Part shown: positions 14,304 to 26,690 of the stretch, piece by piece
How positions within the stretch are numbered: the stretch's first letter is position 1
Layout of the letters: each line of letters opens with the position of its first letter
DNA from: Eledone cirrhosa
Lineage: Eukaryota
Direction: 5' to 3'
NCBI GenBank assembly: GCA_964016885.1
Contig: OZ024758.1
Location: forward strand, 36,394,001-36,458,000
Length of the DNA stretch: 64,000 nucleotides
The notes under the pieces: generated by a model
Seen by the model: only the letters and a program-made list of their open reading frames with translations
What the model was told of the DNA's origin: nothing
Databases searched by the model: none
Translations under genes and position numbers: made by a program

Positions 14304-17300
14304 ATGGTATTAGCTGTCAGAAGTAACTCCACTGTTGGTGAGAATTCATTTAAGTTCATGGTATTAGCTGTCAGAAGGAACGCCACTGTTGGTGAGAATT
14401 CATTTAAGTTCATGGTATTAGCTGTCAGAAGTAACTCCACTGTTGGTGAGAATTCATTTACGTTCATGGTACTAGCTGTCAGAAGTAATTCCAATGTTGG
14501 TGAGAATTCATTTAAGTTCATGGTATTAGCTGTCAGAAGGAACTCCACTGTTGGTGAGAATTCATTTAAGTTCATGGTATTAGCTGTCAGAAGGAACTCC
14601 AATGTTGGTGAGAATTCATTTAAGTCATGGTACTAGCTGTCAGAAGTAACTCCACTGTTGGTGAGAATTCGTTTAAGTTCATGGTATTAGCTGTCAGAAG
14701 GAACGCCACTGTTGGTGAGAATTCATTTAAGTTCATGGTATTAGCTGTCAGAAGTAACTCCACTGTTGGTGAGAATTCATTTAAGTTCATGGTACTAGCT
14801 GTCAGAAGTAACTCCAATGTTGGTGAGAATTCATTTAAGTTCATGGTATTAGCTGTCAGAAGGAACTCCACTGTTGGTGAGAATTCATTTAAGTTCATGG
14901 TATTAGCTGTCAGAAGTAACTCCACTGTTGGTGAGAATTCATTTAAGTCATGGTATTAGCTGTCAGAAGTAACTCCATTGTTGGTGAGAATTCATTTAAG
15001 TCATGGTACTAGCTGTCAGAAGTAACTCCAATGTTGGTGAGAATTCATTTAAGTCATGGTACTAGCTGTCAGAAGTAACTCCAATGTTGGTGAGAATTCA
15101 TTTAAGTTCATGTTATTAGCTGTCAGAAGGAACTCCACTGTTGGTGAGAATACATTTAAGTTCATGGTACTAGCTGTCAGAAGTAACCCCAATGTTGGTG
15201 AGAATTCATTTAAGTTCATGGTATTAGCTGTCAGAAGTCACTCCAATGTTGGTGAGAATTCATTTAAGTTCATGGTATTAGCTGTCAGAAGTAACTCCAC
15301 TGTTGGTAAGAATTCATTTAAGTTCATGGTATTAGCTCTCAGAAGTAACTCCACTGTTGGTGAGAATTCATTTAAGTTCATGGTATTAGCTGTCAGAAGG
15401 AACGCCACTGTTGGTGAGAATTCATTTAAGTTCATGGTACTAGCTGTCAGAAGTAACTCCAATGTTGGTGAGAATTCATTTAAGTTCATGGTATTAGCTG
15501 TCAGAAGGAACTCCACTGATGCTGAGAATTCATTTAAGTTCATGGTATTAGCTGTCAGAAGTAACTCCACTGTTGGTGAGAATTCATTTAAGTTCATGGT
15601 ACTAGCTGTCAGAAGTAACTCCACTGTTGGTGAGAATTCATTTAAGTTCATGGTATTAGCTGTCAGAAGTAACTCCAATGTTGGTGAGAATTCATTTAAG
15701 TTCATGGTATTAGCTGTCAGAAGTCACTCCACTGTTGGTGAGAATTCATTTAAGTTCATGGTACTGTCTGTCAGAAGTAACCCCAATGTTGGTGAGAATT
15801 CATTTAAGTTCATGGTATTAGCTGTCAGAAGTCACTCCACTGTTGGTGAGAATTCATTTAAGTTCATGGTACTAGCTGTCAGAAGTAACTCCACTGTTGG
15901 TGAGAATTCATTTAAGTTCATGGTATTAGCTGTCAGAAGTCACTCCAATGTTGGTGAGAATTCATTTAAGTTCATGGTATTAGCTGTCAGAAGTAACTCC
16001 ACTGTTGGTGAGAATTCATTTAAGTTCATGGTACTAGCTGTCAGAAGTAACCCCAATGTTGGTGAGAATTCATTTAAGTTCATGGTATTAGCTGTCAGAA
16101 GTCACTCCAATGTTGGTGAGAATTCATTTAAGTTCATGGTATTAACTGTCAGAAGTAACTCCACTGTTGGTGAGAATTCATTTAAGTTCATGGTATTAGT
16201 TTGTCAGAAGTAACTCCACTGTTGGTGAGAATTCATTTAAGTCATGGTATTAGTTGTCAGAAGTAACTCCAATGTTGGTGAGAATTCATTTAAGTTCATG
16301 GTATTAGCTTTCAGAAGGAACTCCACTGTTGGTGAGAATTCATTTAAGTTCATGTTATTAGCTGTCAGAAGGAACTCCAATGTTGGTGAGAATTCATTTA
16401 AGTCATGGTACTAGCTGTCAGATGTAACTCCACTGTTGGTGAGAATTCATTTAAGTTCATGGTATTAGCTGTCAGAAGGAACGCCACTGTTGGTGAGAAT
16501 TCATTTAAGTTCATGGTATTAGCTGTCAGAAGTAACTCCACTGTTGGTGAGAATTCATTTAAGTCATGGTATTAGCTGTCAGAAGTAACTCCATTGTTGG
16601 TGAGAATTCATTTAAGTCATGGTACTAGCTGTCAGAAGTAACTCCAATGTTGGTGAGAATTCATTTAAGTCATGGTACTAGCTGTCAGAAGCAACTCCAA
16701 TGTTGGTGAGAATTCATTTAAGTTCATGTTATTAGCTGTCAGAAGGAACTCCACTGTTGGTGAGAATACATTTAAGTTCATGGTACTAGCTGTCAGAAGT
16801 AACCCCAATGTTGGTGAGAATTCATTTAAGTTCATGGTATTAGCTGTCAGAAGTCACTCCAATGTTGGTGAGAATTCATTTAAGTTCATGGTATTAGCTG
16901 TCAGAAGTAACTCCACTGTTGGTAAGAATTCATTTAAGTTCATGGTATTAGCTGTCAGAAGTAACTCCACTGTTGGTGAGAATTCATTTAAGTTCATGGT
17001 ATTAGCTGTCAGAAGGAACGCCACTGTTGGTGAGAATTCATTTAAGTTCATGGTATTAGCTGTCAGAAGTAACTCCACTGTTGGTGAGAATTCATTTACG
17101 TTCATGGTACTAGCTGTCAGAAGTAATTCCAATGTTGGTGAGAATTCATTTAAATTCATGGTATTAGCTGTCAGAAGGAACTCCAATGTTGGTGAGAATT
17201 CATTTAAGTCATGGTACTAGCTGTCAGAAGTAACTCCACTGTTGGTGAGAATTCATTTAAGTTCATGGTATTAGCTGTCAGAAGTCACTCCAATGTTGGT

Positions 17301-20300
17301 GAGAATTCATTTAAGTTCATGGTATTAGCTGTCAGAAGTAACTCCACTGTTGGTGAGAATTCATTTAAGTTCATGGTATTAGCTGTCAGAAGTAACTCCA
17401 CTGTTGGTGAGAATTCATTTAAGTCATGGTATTAGCTGTCAGAAGTAACTCCATTGTTGGTGAGAATTCATTTAAGTCATGGTACTAGCTGTCAGAAGTA
17501 ACTCCAATGTTGGTGAGAATTCATTTAAGTCATGGTACTAGCTGTCAGAAGTAACTCCAATGTTGGTGAGAATTCATTTAAGTTCATGTTATTAGCTGTC
17601 AGAAGGAACTCCACTGTTGGTGAGAATACATTTAAGTTCATGGTACTAGCTGTCAGAAGTAACCCCAATGTTGGTGAGAATTCATTTAAGTTCATGGTAT
17701 TAGCTGTCAGAAGTCACTCCAATGTTGGTGAGAATTCATTTAAGTTCATGGTATTAGCTGTCAGAAGTAACTCCACTGTTGGTAAGAATTCATTTAAGTT
17801 CATGGTATTAGCTCTCAGAAGTAACTCCACTGTTGGTGAGAATTCATTTAAGTTCATGGTATTAGCTGTCAGAAGGAACGCCACTGTTGGTGAGAATTCA
17901 TTTAAGTTCATGGTATTAGCTGTCAGAAGTAACTCCACTGTTGGTGAGAATTCATTTAAGTTCATGGTATTAGCTGTCAGAAGTAACTCCACTGTTGGTG
18001 AGAATTCATTTAAGTTCATGGTATTAGCTGTCAGAAGGAACTCCAATGTTGGTGAGAATTCATTTAAGTCATGGTACTAGCTGTCAGAAGTAACTCCACT
18101 GTTGGTGAGAATTCATTTAAGTTCATGGTATTAGCTGTCAGAAGGAACGCCACTGTTGGTGAGAATTCATTTAAGTTCATGGTATTAGCTGTCAGAAGTA
18201 ACTCCTCTGTTGGTGAGAATTCATTTAAGTTCATGGTACTAGCTGTCAGAAGTAACTCCAATGTTGGTGAGAATTCATTAAGTTCATGGTATTAGCTGTC
18301 AGAAGGAACTCCACTGTTGCTGAGAATTCATTTAAGTTCATGGTATTAGCTGTCAGAAGTAACTCCACTGTTGGTGAGAATTCATTTAAGTTCATGGTAC
18401 TAGCTGTCAGAAGTAACTCCACTGTTGGTGAGAATTCATTTAAGTTCATGGTATTAGCTGTCAGAAGTAACTCCACTGTTGGTGAGAATTCATTTAAGTT
18501 CATGGTATTAGCTGTCAGAAGGAACGCCACTGTTGGTGAGAATTCATTTAAGTTCATGGTATTAGCTGTCAGAAGTAACTCCACTGTTGGTGAGAATTCA
18601 TTTACGTTCATGGTACTAGCTGTCAGAAGTAATTCCAATGTTGGTGAGAATTCATTTAAGTTCATGGTATTAGCTGTCAGAAGGAACTCCACTGTTGGTG
18701 AGAATTCATTTAAGTTCATGGTATTAGCTGTCAGAAGGAACTCCAATGTTGGTGAGAATTCATTTAAGTCATGGTACTAGCTGTCAGAAGTAACTCCATT
18801 GTTGGTGAGAATTCGTTTAAGTTCATGGTATTAGCTGTCAGAAGGAACGCCACTGTTGGTGAGAATTCATTTAAGTTCATGGTATTAGCTGTCAGAAGTA
18901 ACTCCACTGTTGGTGAGAATTCATTTAAGTTCATGGTACTAGCTGTCAGAAGTAACTCCAATGTTGGTGAGAATTCATTTAAGTTCATGGTATTAGCTGT
19001 CAGAAGGAACTCCACTGTTGGTGAGAATTCATTTAAGTTCATGGTATTAGCTGTCAGAAGTAACTCCACTGTTGGTGAGAATTCATTTAAGTCATGGTAT
19101 TAGCTGTCAGAAGTAACTCCATTGTTGGTGAGAATTCATTTAAGTCATGGTACTAGCTGTCAGAAGTAACTCCAATGTTGGTGAGAATTCATTTAAGTCA
19201 TGGTACTAGCTGTCAGAAGTAACTCCAATGTTGGTGAGAATTCATTTAAGTTCATGTTATTAGCTGTCAGAAGGAACTCCACTGTTGGTGAGAATACATT
19301 TAAGTTCATGGTACTAGCTGTCAGAAGTAACCCCAATGTTGGTGAGAATTCATTTAAGTTCATGGTATTAGCTGTCAGAAGTCACTCCAATGTTGGTGAG
19401 AATTCATTTAAGTTCATGGTATTAGCTGTCAGAAGTAACTCCACTGTTGGTAAGAATTCATTTAAGTTCATGGTATTAGCTCTCAGAAGTAACTCCACTG
19501 TTGGTGAGAATTCATTTAAGTTCATGGTATTAGCTGTCAGAAGGAACGCCACTGTTGGTGAGAATTCATTTAAGTTCATGGTACTAGCTGTCAGAAGTAA
19601 CTCCAATGTTGGTGAGAATTCATTTAAGTTCATGGTATTAGCTGTCAGAAGGAACTCCACTGATGCTGAGAATTCATTTAAGTTCATGGTATTAGCTGTC
19701 AGAAGTAACTCCACTGTTGGTGAGAATTCATTTAAGTTCATGGTACTAGCTGTCAGAAGTAACTCCACTGTTGGTGAGAATTCATTTAAGTTCATGGTAT
19801 TAGCTGTCAGAAGTAACTCCAATGTTGGTGAGAATTCATTTAAGTTCATGGTATTAGCTGTCAGAAGTCACTCCACTGTTGGTGAGAATTCATTTAAGTT
19901 CATGGTACTGTCTGTCAGAAGTAACCCCAATGTTGGTGAGAATTCATTTAAGTTCATGGTATTAGCTGTCAGAAGTCACTCCACTGTTGGTGAGAATTCA
20001 TTTAAGTTCATGGTACTAGCTGTCAGAAGTAACTCCACTGTTGGTGAGAATTCATTTAAGTTCATGGTATTAGCTGTCAGAAGTCACTCCAATGTTGGTG
20101 AGAATTCATTTAAGTTCATGGTATTAGCTGTCAGAAGTAACTCCACTGTTGGTGAGAATTCATTTAAGTTCATGGTACTAGCTGTCAGAAGTAACCCCAA
20201 TGTTGGTGAGAATTCATTTAAGTTCATGGTATTAGCTGTCAGAAGTCACTCCAATGTTGGTGAGAATTCATTTAAGTTCATGGTATTAACTGTCAGAAGT

Positions 20301-22591
20301 AACTCCACTGTTGGTGAGAATTCATTTAAGTTCATGGTATTAGTTTGTCAGAAGTAACTCCACTGTTGGTGAGAATTCATTTAAGTCATGGTATTAGTTG
20401 TCAGAAGTAACTCCAATGTTGGTGAGAATTCATTTAAGTTCATGGTATTAGCTTTCAGAAGGAACTCCACTGTTGGTGAGAATTCATTTAAGTTCATGTT
20501 ATTAGCTGTCAGAAGGAACTCCAATGTTGGTGAGAATTCATTTAAGTCATGGTACTAGCTGTCAGATGTAACTCCACTGTTGGTGAGAATTCATTTAAGT
20601 TCATGGTATTAGCTGTCAGAAGGAACGCCACTGTTGGTGAGAATTCATTTAAGTTCATGGTATTAGCTGTCAGAAGTAACTCCACTGTTGGTGAGAATTC
20701 ATTTAAGTCATGGTATTAGCTGTCAGAAGTAACTCCATTGTTGGTGAGAATTCATTTAAGTCATGGTACTAGCTGTCAGAAGTAACTCCAATGTTGGTGA
20801 GAATTCATTTAAGTCATGGTACTAGCTGTCAGAAGCAACTCCAATGTTGGTGAGAATTCATTTAAGTTCATGTTATTAGCTGTCAGAAGGAACTCCACTG
20901 TTGGTGAGAATACATTTAAGTTCATGGTACTAGCTGTCAGAAGTAACCCCAATGTTGGTGAGAATTCATTTAAGTTCATGGTATTAGCTGTCAGAAGTCA
21001 CTCCAATGTTGGTGAGAATTCATTTAAGTTCATGGTATTAGCTGTCAGAAGTAACTCCACTGTTGGTAAGAATTCATTTAAGTTCATGGTATTAGCTGTC
21101 AGAAGTAACTCCACTGTTGGTGAGAATTCATTTAAGTTCATGGTATTAGCTGTCAGAAGGAACGCCACTGTTGGTGAGAATTCATTTAAGTTCATGGTAT
21201 TAGCTGTCAGAAGTAACTCCACTGTTGGTGAGAATTCATTTACGTTCATGGTACTAGCTGTCAGAAGTAATTCCAATGTTGGTGAGAATTCATTTAAATT
21301 CATGGTATTAGCTGTCAGAAGGAACTCCAATGTTGGTGAGAATTCATTTAAGTCATGGTACTAGCTGTCAGAAGTAACTCCACTGTTGGTGAGAATTCAT
21401 TTAAGTTCATGGTATTAGCTGTCAGAAGTCACTCCAATGTTGGTGAGAATTCATTTAAGTTCATGGTATTAGCTGTCAGAAGTAACTCCACTGTTGGTGA
21501 GAATTCATTTAAGTTCATGGTATTAGCTGTCAGAAGTAACTCCACTGTTGGTGAGAATTCATTTAAGTCATGGTATTAGCTGTCAGAAGTAACTCCATTG
21601 TTGGTGAGAATTCATTTAAGTCATGGTACTAGCTGTCAGAAGTAACTCCAATGTTGGTGAGAATTCATTTAAGTCATGGTACTAGCTGTCAGAAGTAACT
21701 CCAATGTTGGTGAGAATTCATTTAAGTTCATGTTATTAGCTGTCAGAAGGAACTCCACTGTTGGTGAGAATACATTTAAGTTCATGGTACTAGCTGTCAG
21801 AAGTAACCCCAATGTTGGTGAGAATTCATTTAAGTTCATGGTATTAGCTGTCAGAAGTCACTCCAATGTTGGTGAGAATTCATTTAAGTTCATGGTATTA
21901 GCTGTCAGAAGTAACTCCACTGTTGGTAAGAATTCATTTAAGTTCATGGTATTAGCTCTCAGAAGTAACTCCACTGTTGGTGAGAATTCATTTAAGTTCA
22001 TGGTATTAGCTGTCAGAAGGAACGCCACTGTTGGTGAGAATTCATTTAAGTTCATGGTATTAGCTGTCAGAAGTAACTCCACTGTTGGTGAGAATTCATT
22101 TAAGTTCATGGTATTAGCTGTCAGAAGTAACTCCACTGTTGGTGAGAATTCATTTAAGTTCATGGTATTAGCTGTCAGAAGGAACTCCAATGTTGGTGAG
22201 AATTCATTTAAGTCATGGTACTAGCTGTCAGAAGTAACTCCACTGTTGGTGAGAATTCATTTAAGTTCATGGTATTAGCTGTCAGAAGGAACGCCACTGT
22301 TGGTGAGAATTCATTTAAGTTCATGGTATTAGCTGTCAGAAGTAACTCCTCTGTTGGTGAGAATTCATTTAAGTTCATGGTACTAGCTGTCAGAAGTAAC
22401 TCCAATGTTGGTGAGAATTCATTAAGTTCATGGTATTAGCTGTCAGAAGGAACTCCACTGTTGCTGAGAATTCATTTAAGTTCATGGTATTAGCTGTCAG
22501 AAGTAACTCCACTGTTGGTGAGAATTCATTTAAGTTCATGGTACTAGCTGTCAGAAGTAACTCCACTGTTGGTGAGAATTCATTTAAGTTC
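14304..22591. repeat. 4144-bp (~77-monomer) near-identical tandem duplication (A ~14304-18447, B ~18448-22591)
   Basis: ORFs 14627/18771, 15056/19200, 16672/20816, 17211/21355, 17532/21676 and 18071/22215 are all +4144. Shared rare SNPs include GAATTCGTTT (14671/18815) and ACTGATGCT (15519/19663), plus GTACTGTCT, ATTAACTG and AAGCAAC. Confidence 0.93.
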
Positions 22592-25500
22592 ATGGTACTA
22601 GCTGTCAGAAGTCACTCCAATGTTGGTGAGAATTCATTTAAGTTCATGGTATTAGCTGTCAGAAGTCACTCCACTGTTGGTGAGAATTCATTTAAGTTCA
22701 TGGTACTAGCTGTCAGAAGTAACCCCAATGTTGGTGAGAATTCATTTAAGTTCATGGTATTAGCTGTCAGAAGTCACTCCAATGTTGGTGAGAATTCATT
22801 TAAGTTCATGGTATTAGCTGTCAGAAGTAACTCCACTGTTGGTGAGAATTCATTTAAGTTCATGGTATTAGTTTGTCAGAAGTAACTCCACTGTTGGTGA
22901 GAATTCATTTAAGTCATGGTATTAGTTGTCAGAAGTAACTCCAATGTTGGTGAGAATTCATTTAAGTTCATGGTATTAGCTGTCAGAAGGAACTCCACTG
23001 TTGGTGAGAATTCATTTAAGTTCATGGTATTAGCTGTCAGAAGTAACTCCACCGTTGGTGAGAATTCATTTAAGTCATGGTATTAGCTGTCAGAAGTAAC
23101 TCCATTGTTGGTGAGAATTCATTTAAGTCATGGTACTAGCTGTCAGAAGTAACTCCAATGTTGGTGAGAATTCATTTAAGTCATGGTACTAGCTGTCAGA
23201 AGTAACTCCAATGTTGGTGAGAATTCATTTAAGTTCATGTTATTAGCTGTCAGAAGGAACTCCACTGTTGGTGAGAATACATTTAAGTTCATGGTACTAG
23301 CTGTCAGAAGTAACCCCAATGTTGGTGAGAATTCATTTAAGTTCATGGTATTAGCTGTCAGAAGTCACTCCAATGTTGGTGAGAATTCATTTAAGTTCAT
23401 GGTATTAGCTGTCAGAAGTAACTCCACTGTTGGTGAGAATTCATTTAAGTTCATGGTATTAGCTGTCAGAAGTAACTCCACTGTTGGTGAGAATTCATTT
23501 AAGTTCATGGTATTAGCTGTCAGAAGGAACTCCAATGTTGGTGAGAATTCATTTAAGTCATGGTACTAGCTGTCAGAAGTAACTCCACTGTTGGTGAGAA
23601 TTCATTTAAGTTCATGGTATTAGCTGTCAGAAGGAACGCCACTGTTGGTGAGAATTCATTTAAGTTCATGGTATTAGCTGTCAGAAGTAACTCCACTGTT
23701 GGTGAGAATTCATTTAAGTTCATGGTACTAGCTGTCAGAAGTAACTCCAATGTTGGTGAGAATTCATTTAAGTTCATGGTATTAGCTGTCAGAAGGAACT
23801 CCACTGTTGCTGAGAATTCATTTAAGTTCATGGTATTAGCTGTCAGAAGTAACTCCACTGTTGGTGAGAATTCATTTAAGTTCATGGTATTAGCTGTCAG
23901 AAGTAACTCCACTGTTGGTGAGAATTCATTTAAGTCATGGTATTAGCTGTCAGAAGTCACTCCAATGTTGGTGAGAATTCATTTAAGTTCATGGTATTAG
24001 CTGTCAGAAGTCACTCCAATGTTGGTGAGAATTCATTTAAGTTCATGGTATTAGCTGTCAGAAGTAACTCCACTGTTGGTAAGAATTCATTTAAGTTCAT
24101 GGTATTAGCTCTCAGAAGTAACTCCACTGTTGGTGAGAATTCATTTAAGTTCATGGTATTAGCTGTCAGAAGGAACGCCACTGTTGGTGAGAATTCATTT
24201 AAGTTCATGGTATTAGCTGTCAGAAGTAACTCCACTGTTGGTGAGAATTCATTTAAGTTCATGGTACTAGCTGTCAGAAGTAACTCCAATGTTGGTGAGA
24301 ATTCATTTAAGTTCATGGTATTAGCTGTCAGAAGTCACTCCAATGTTGGTGAGAATTCATTTAAGTTCATGGTATTAGCTGTCAGAAGTCACTCCACTGT
24401 TGGTGAGAATTCATTTAAGTTCATGGTACTAGCTGTCAGAAGTAACCCCAATATTGGTGAGAATTCATTTAAGTTCATGGTATTAGCTGTCAGAAGTCAC
24501 TCCAATGTTGGCGAGAATTCATTTAAGTTCATGGTATTAGCTGTCAGAAGTAACTCCACTGTTGGTGAGAATTCATTTAAGTTCATGGTATTAGCTGTCA
24601 GAAGTAACTCCACTGTTGGTGAGAATTCATTTAAGTCATGGTATTAGCTGTCAGAAGTAACTCCAATGTTGGTGAGAATTCATTTAAGTTCATGGTATTA
24701 GCTGTCAGAAGTCACTCCAATGTTGGTGAGAATTCATTTAAGTTCATGGTATTAGCTGTCAGAAGTAACTCCACTGTTGGTGAGAATTCATTTAAGTTCA
24801 TGGTATTAGCTGTCAGAAGTAACTCCACTGTTGGTGAGAATTCATTTAAGTTCATGGTATTAGCTGTCAGAAGTAACTCCACTGTTGGTGAGAATTCATT
24901 TAAGTTCATGGTATTAGCTGTCAGAAGGAACTCCAATGTTGGTGAGAATTCATTTAAGTCATGGTACTAGCTGTCAGAAGTAACTCCACTGTTGGTGAGA
25001 ATTCATTTAAGTTCATGGTATTAGCTGTCAGAAGGAACGCCACTGTTGGTGAGAATTCATTTAAGTTCATGGTATTAGCTGTCAGAAGTAACTCCTCTGT
25101 TGGTGAGAATTCATTTAAGTTCATGGTACTAGCTGTCAGAAGTAACTCCAATGTTGGTGAGAATTCATTAAGTTCATGGTATTAGCTGTCAGAAGGAACT
25201 CCACTGTTGCTGAGAATTCATTTAAGTTCATGGTATTAGCTGTCAGAAGTAACTCCACTGTTGGTGAGAATTCATTTAAGTTCATGGTACTAGCTGTCAG
25301 AAGTAACTCCACTGTTGGTGAGAATTCATTTAAGTTCATGGTACTAGCTGTCAGAAGTCACTCCAATGTTGGTGAGAATTCATTTAAGTTCATGGTATTA
25401 GCTGTCAGAAGTCACTCCACTGTTGGTGAGAATTCATTTAAGTTCATGGTACTAGCTGTCAGAAGTAACCCCAATGTTGGTGAGAATTCATTTAAGTTCA

Positions 25501-26690
25501 TGGTATTAGCTGTCAGAAGTCACTCCAATGTTGGTGAGAATTCATTTAAGTTCATGGTATTAGCTGTCAGAAGTAACTCCACTGTTGGTGAGAATTCATT
25601 TAAGTTCATGGTATTAGTTTGTCAGAAGTAACTCCACTGTTGGTGAGAATTCATTTAAGTCATGGTATTAGTTGTCAGAAGTAACTCCAATGTTGGTGAG
25701 AATTCATTTAAGTTCATGGTATTAGCTGTCAGAAGGAACTCCACTGTTGGTGAGAATTCATTTAAGTTCATGGTATTAGCTGTCAGAAGTAACTCCACCG
25801 TTGGTGAGAATTCATTTAAGTCATGGTATTAGCTGTCAGAAGTAACTCCATTGTTGGTGAGAATTCATTTAAGTCATGGTACTAGCTGTCAGAAGTAACT
25901 CCAATGTTGGTGAGAATTCATTTAAGTCATGGTACTAGCTGTCAGAAGTAACTCCAATGTTGGTGAGAATTCATTTAAGTTCATGTTATTAGCTGTCAGA
26001 AGGAACTCCACTGTTGGTGAGAATACATTTAAGTTCATGGTACTAGCTGTCAGAAGTAACCCCAATGTTGGTGAGAATTCATTTAAGTTCATGGTATTAG
26101 CTGTCAGAAGTCACTCCAATGTTGGTGAGAATTCATTTAAGTTCATGGTATTAGCTGTCAGAAGTAACTCCACTGTTGGTGAGAATTCATTTAAGTTCAT
26201 GGTATTAGCTGTCAGAAGTAACTCCACTGTTGGTGAGAATTCATTTAAGTTCATGGTATTAGCTGTCAGAAGTAACTCCACTGTTGGTGAGAATTCATTT
26301 AAGTTCATGGTATTAGCTGTCAGAAGGAACTCCGATGTTGGTGAGAATTCATTTAAGTCATGGTACTAGCTGTCAGAAGTAACTCCACTGTTGGTGAGAA
26401 TTCATTTAAGTTCATGGTATTAGCTGTCAGAAGGAACGCCACTGTTGGTGAGAATTCATTTAAGTTCATGGTATTAGCTGTCAGAAGTAACTCCACTGTT
26501 GGTGAGAATTCATTTAAGTTCATGGTACTAGCTGTCAGAAGTAACTCCAATGTTGGTGAGAATTCATTTAAGTTCATGGTATTAGCTGTCAGAAGGAACT
26601 CCACTGTTGCTGAGAATTCATTTAAGTTCATGGTATTAGCTGTCAGAAGTAACTCCACTGTTGGTGAGAATTCATTTAAGTTCATGGTAC
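22215..26690. repeat. Repeated block at offset 2746-2800 bp (~22215-23890 versus ~24961-26690)
   Basis: ORFs 22215/24961, 22430/25176 and 23183/25929 are +2746. ORFs 23560/26360 are +2800 (one extra monomer). The TCCTCT, ATTCATTAAG and CCACCG variants are shared. Confidence 0.75.
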
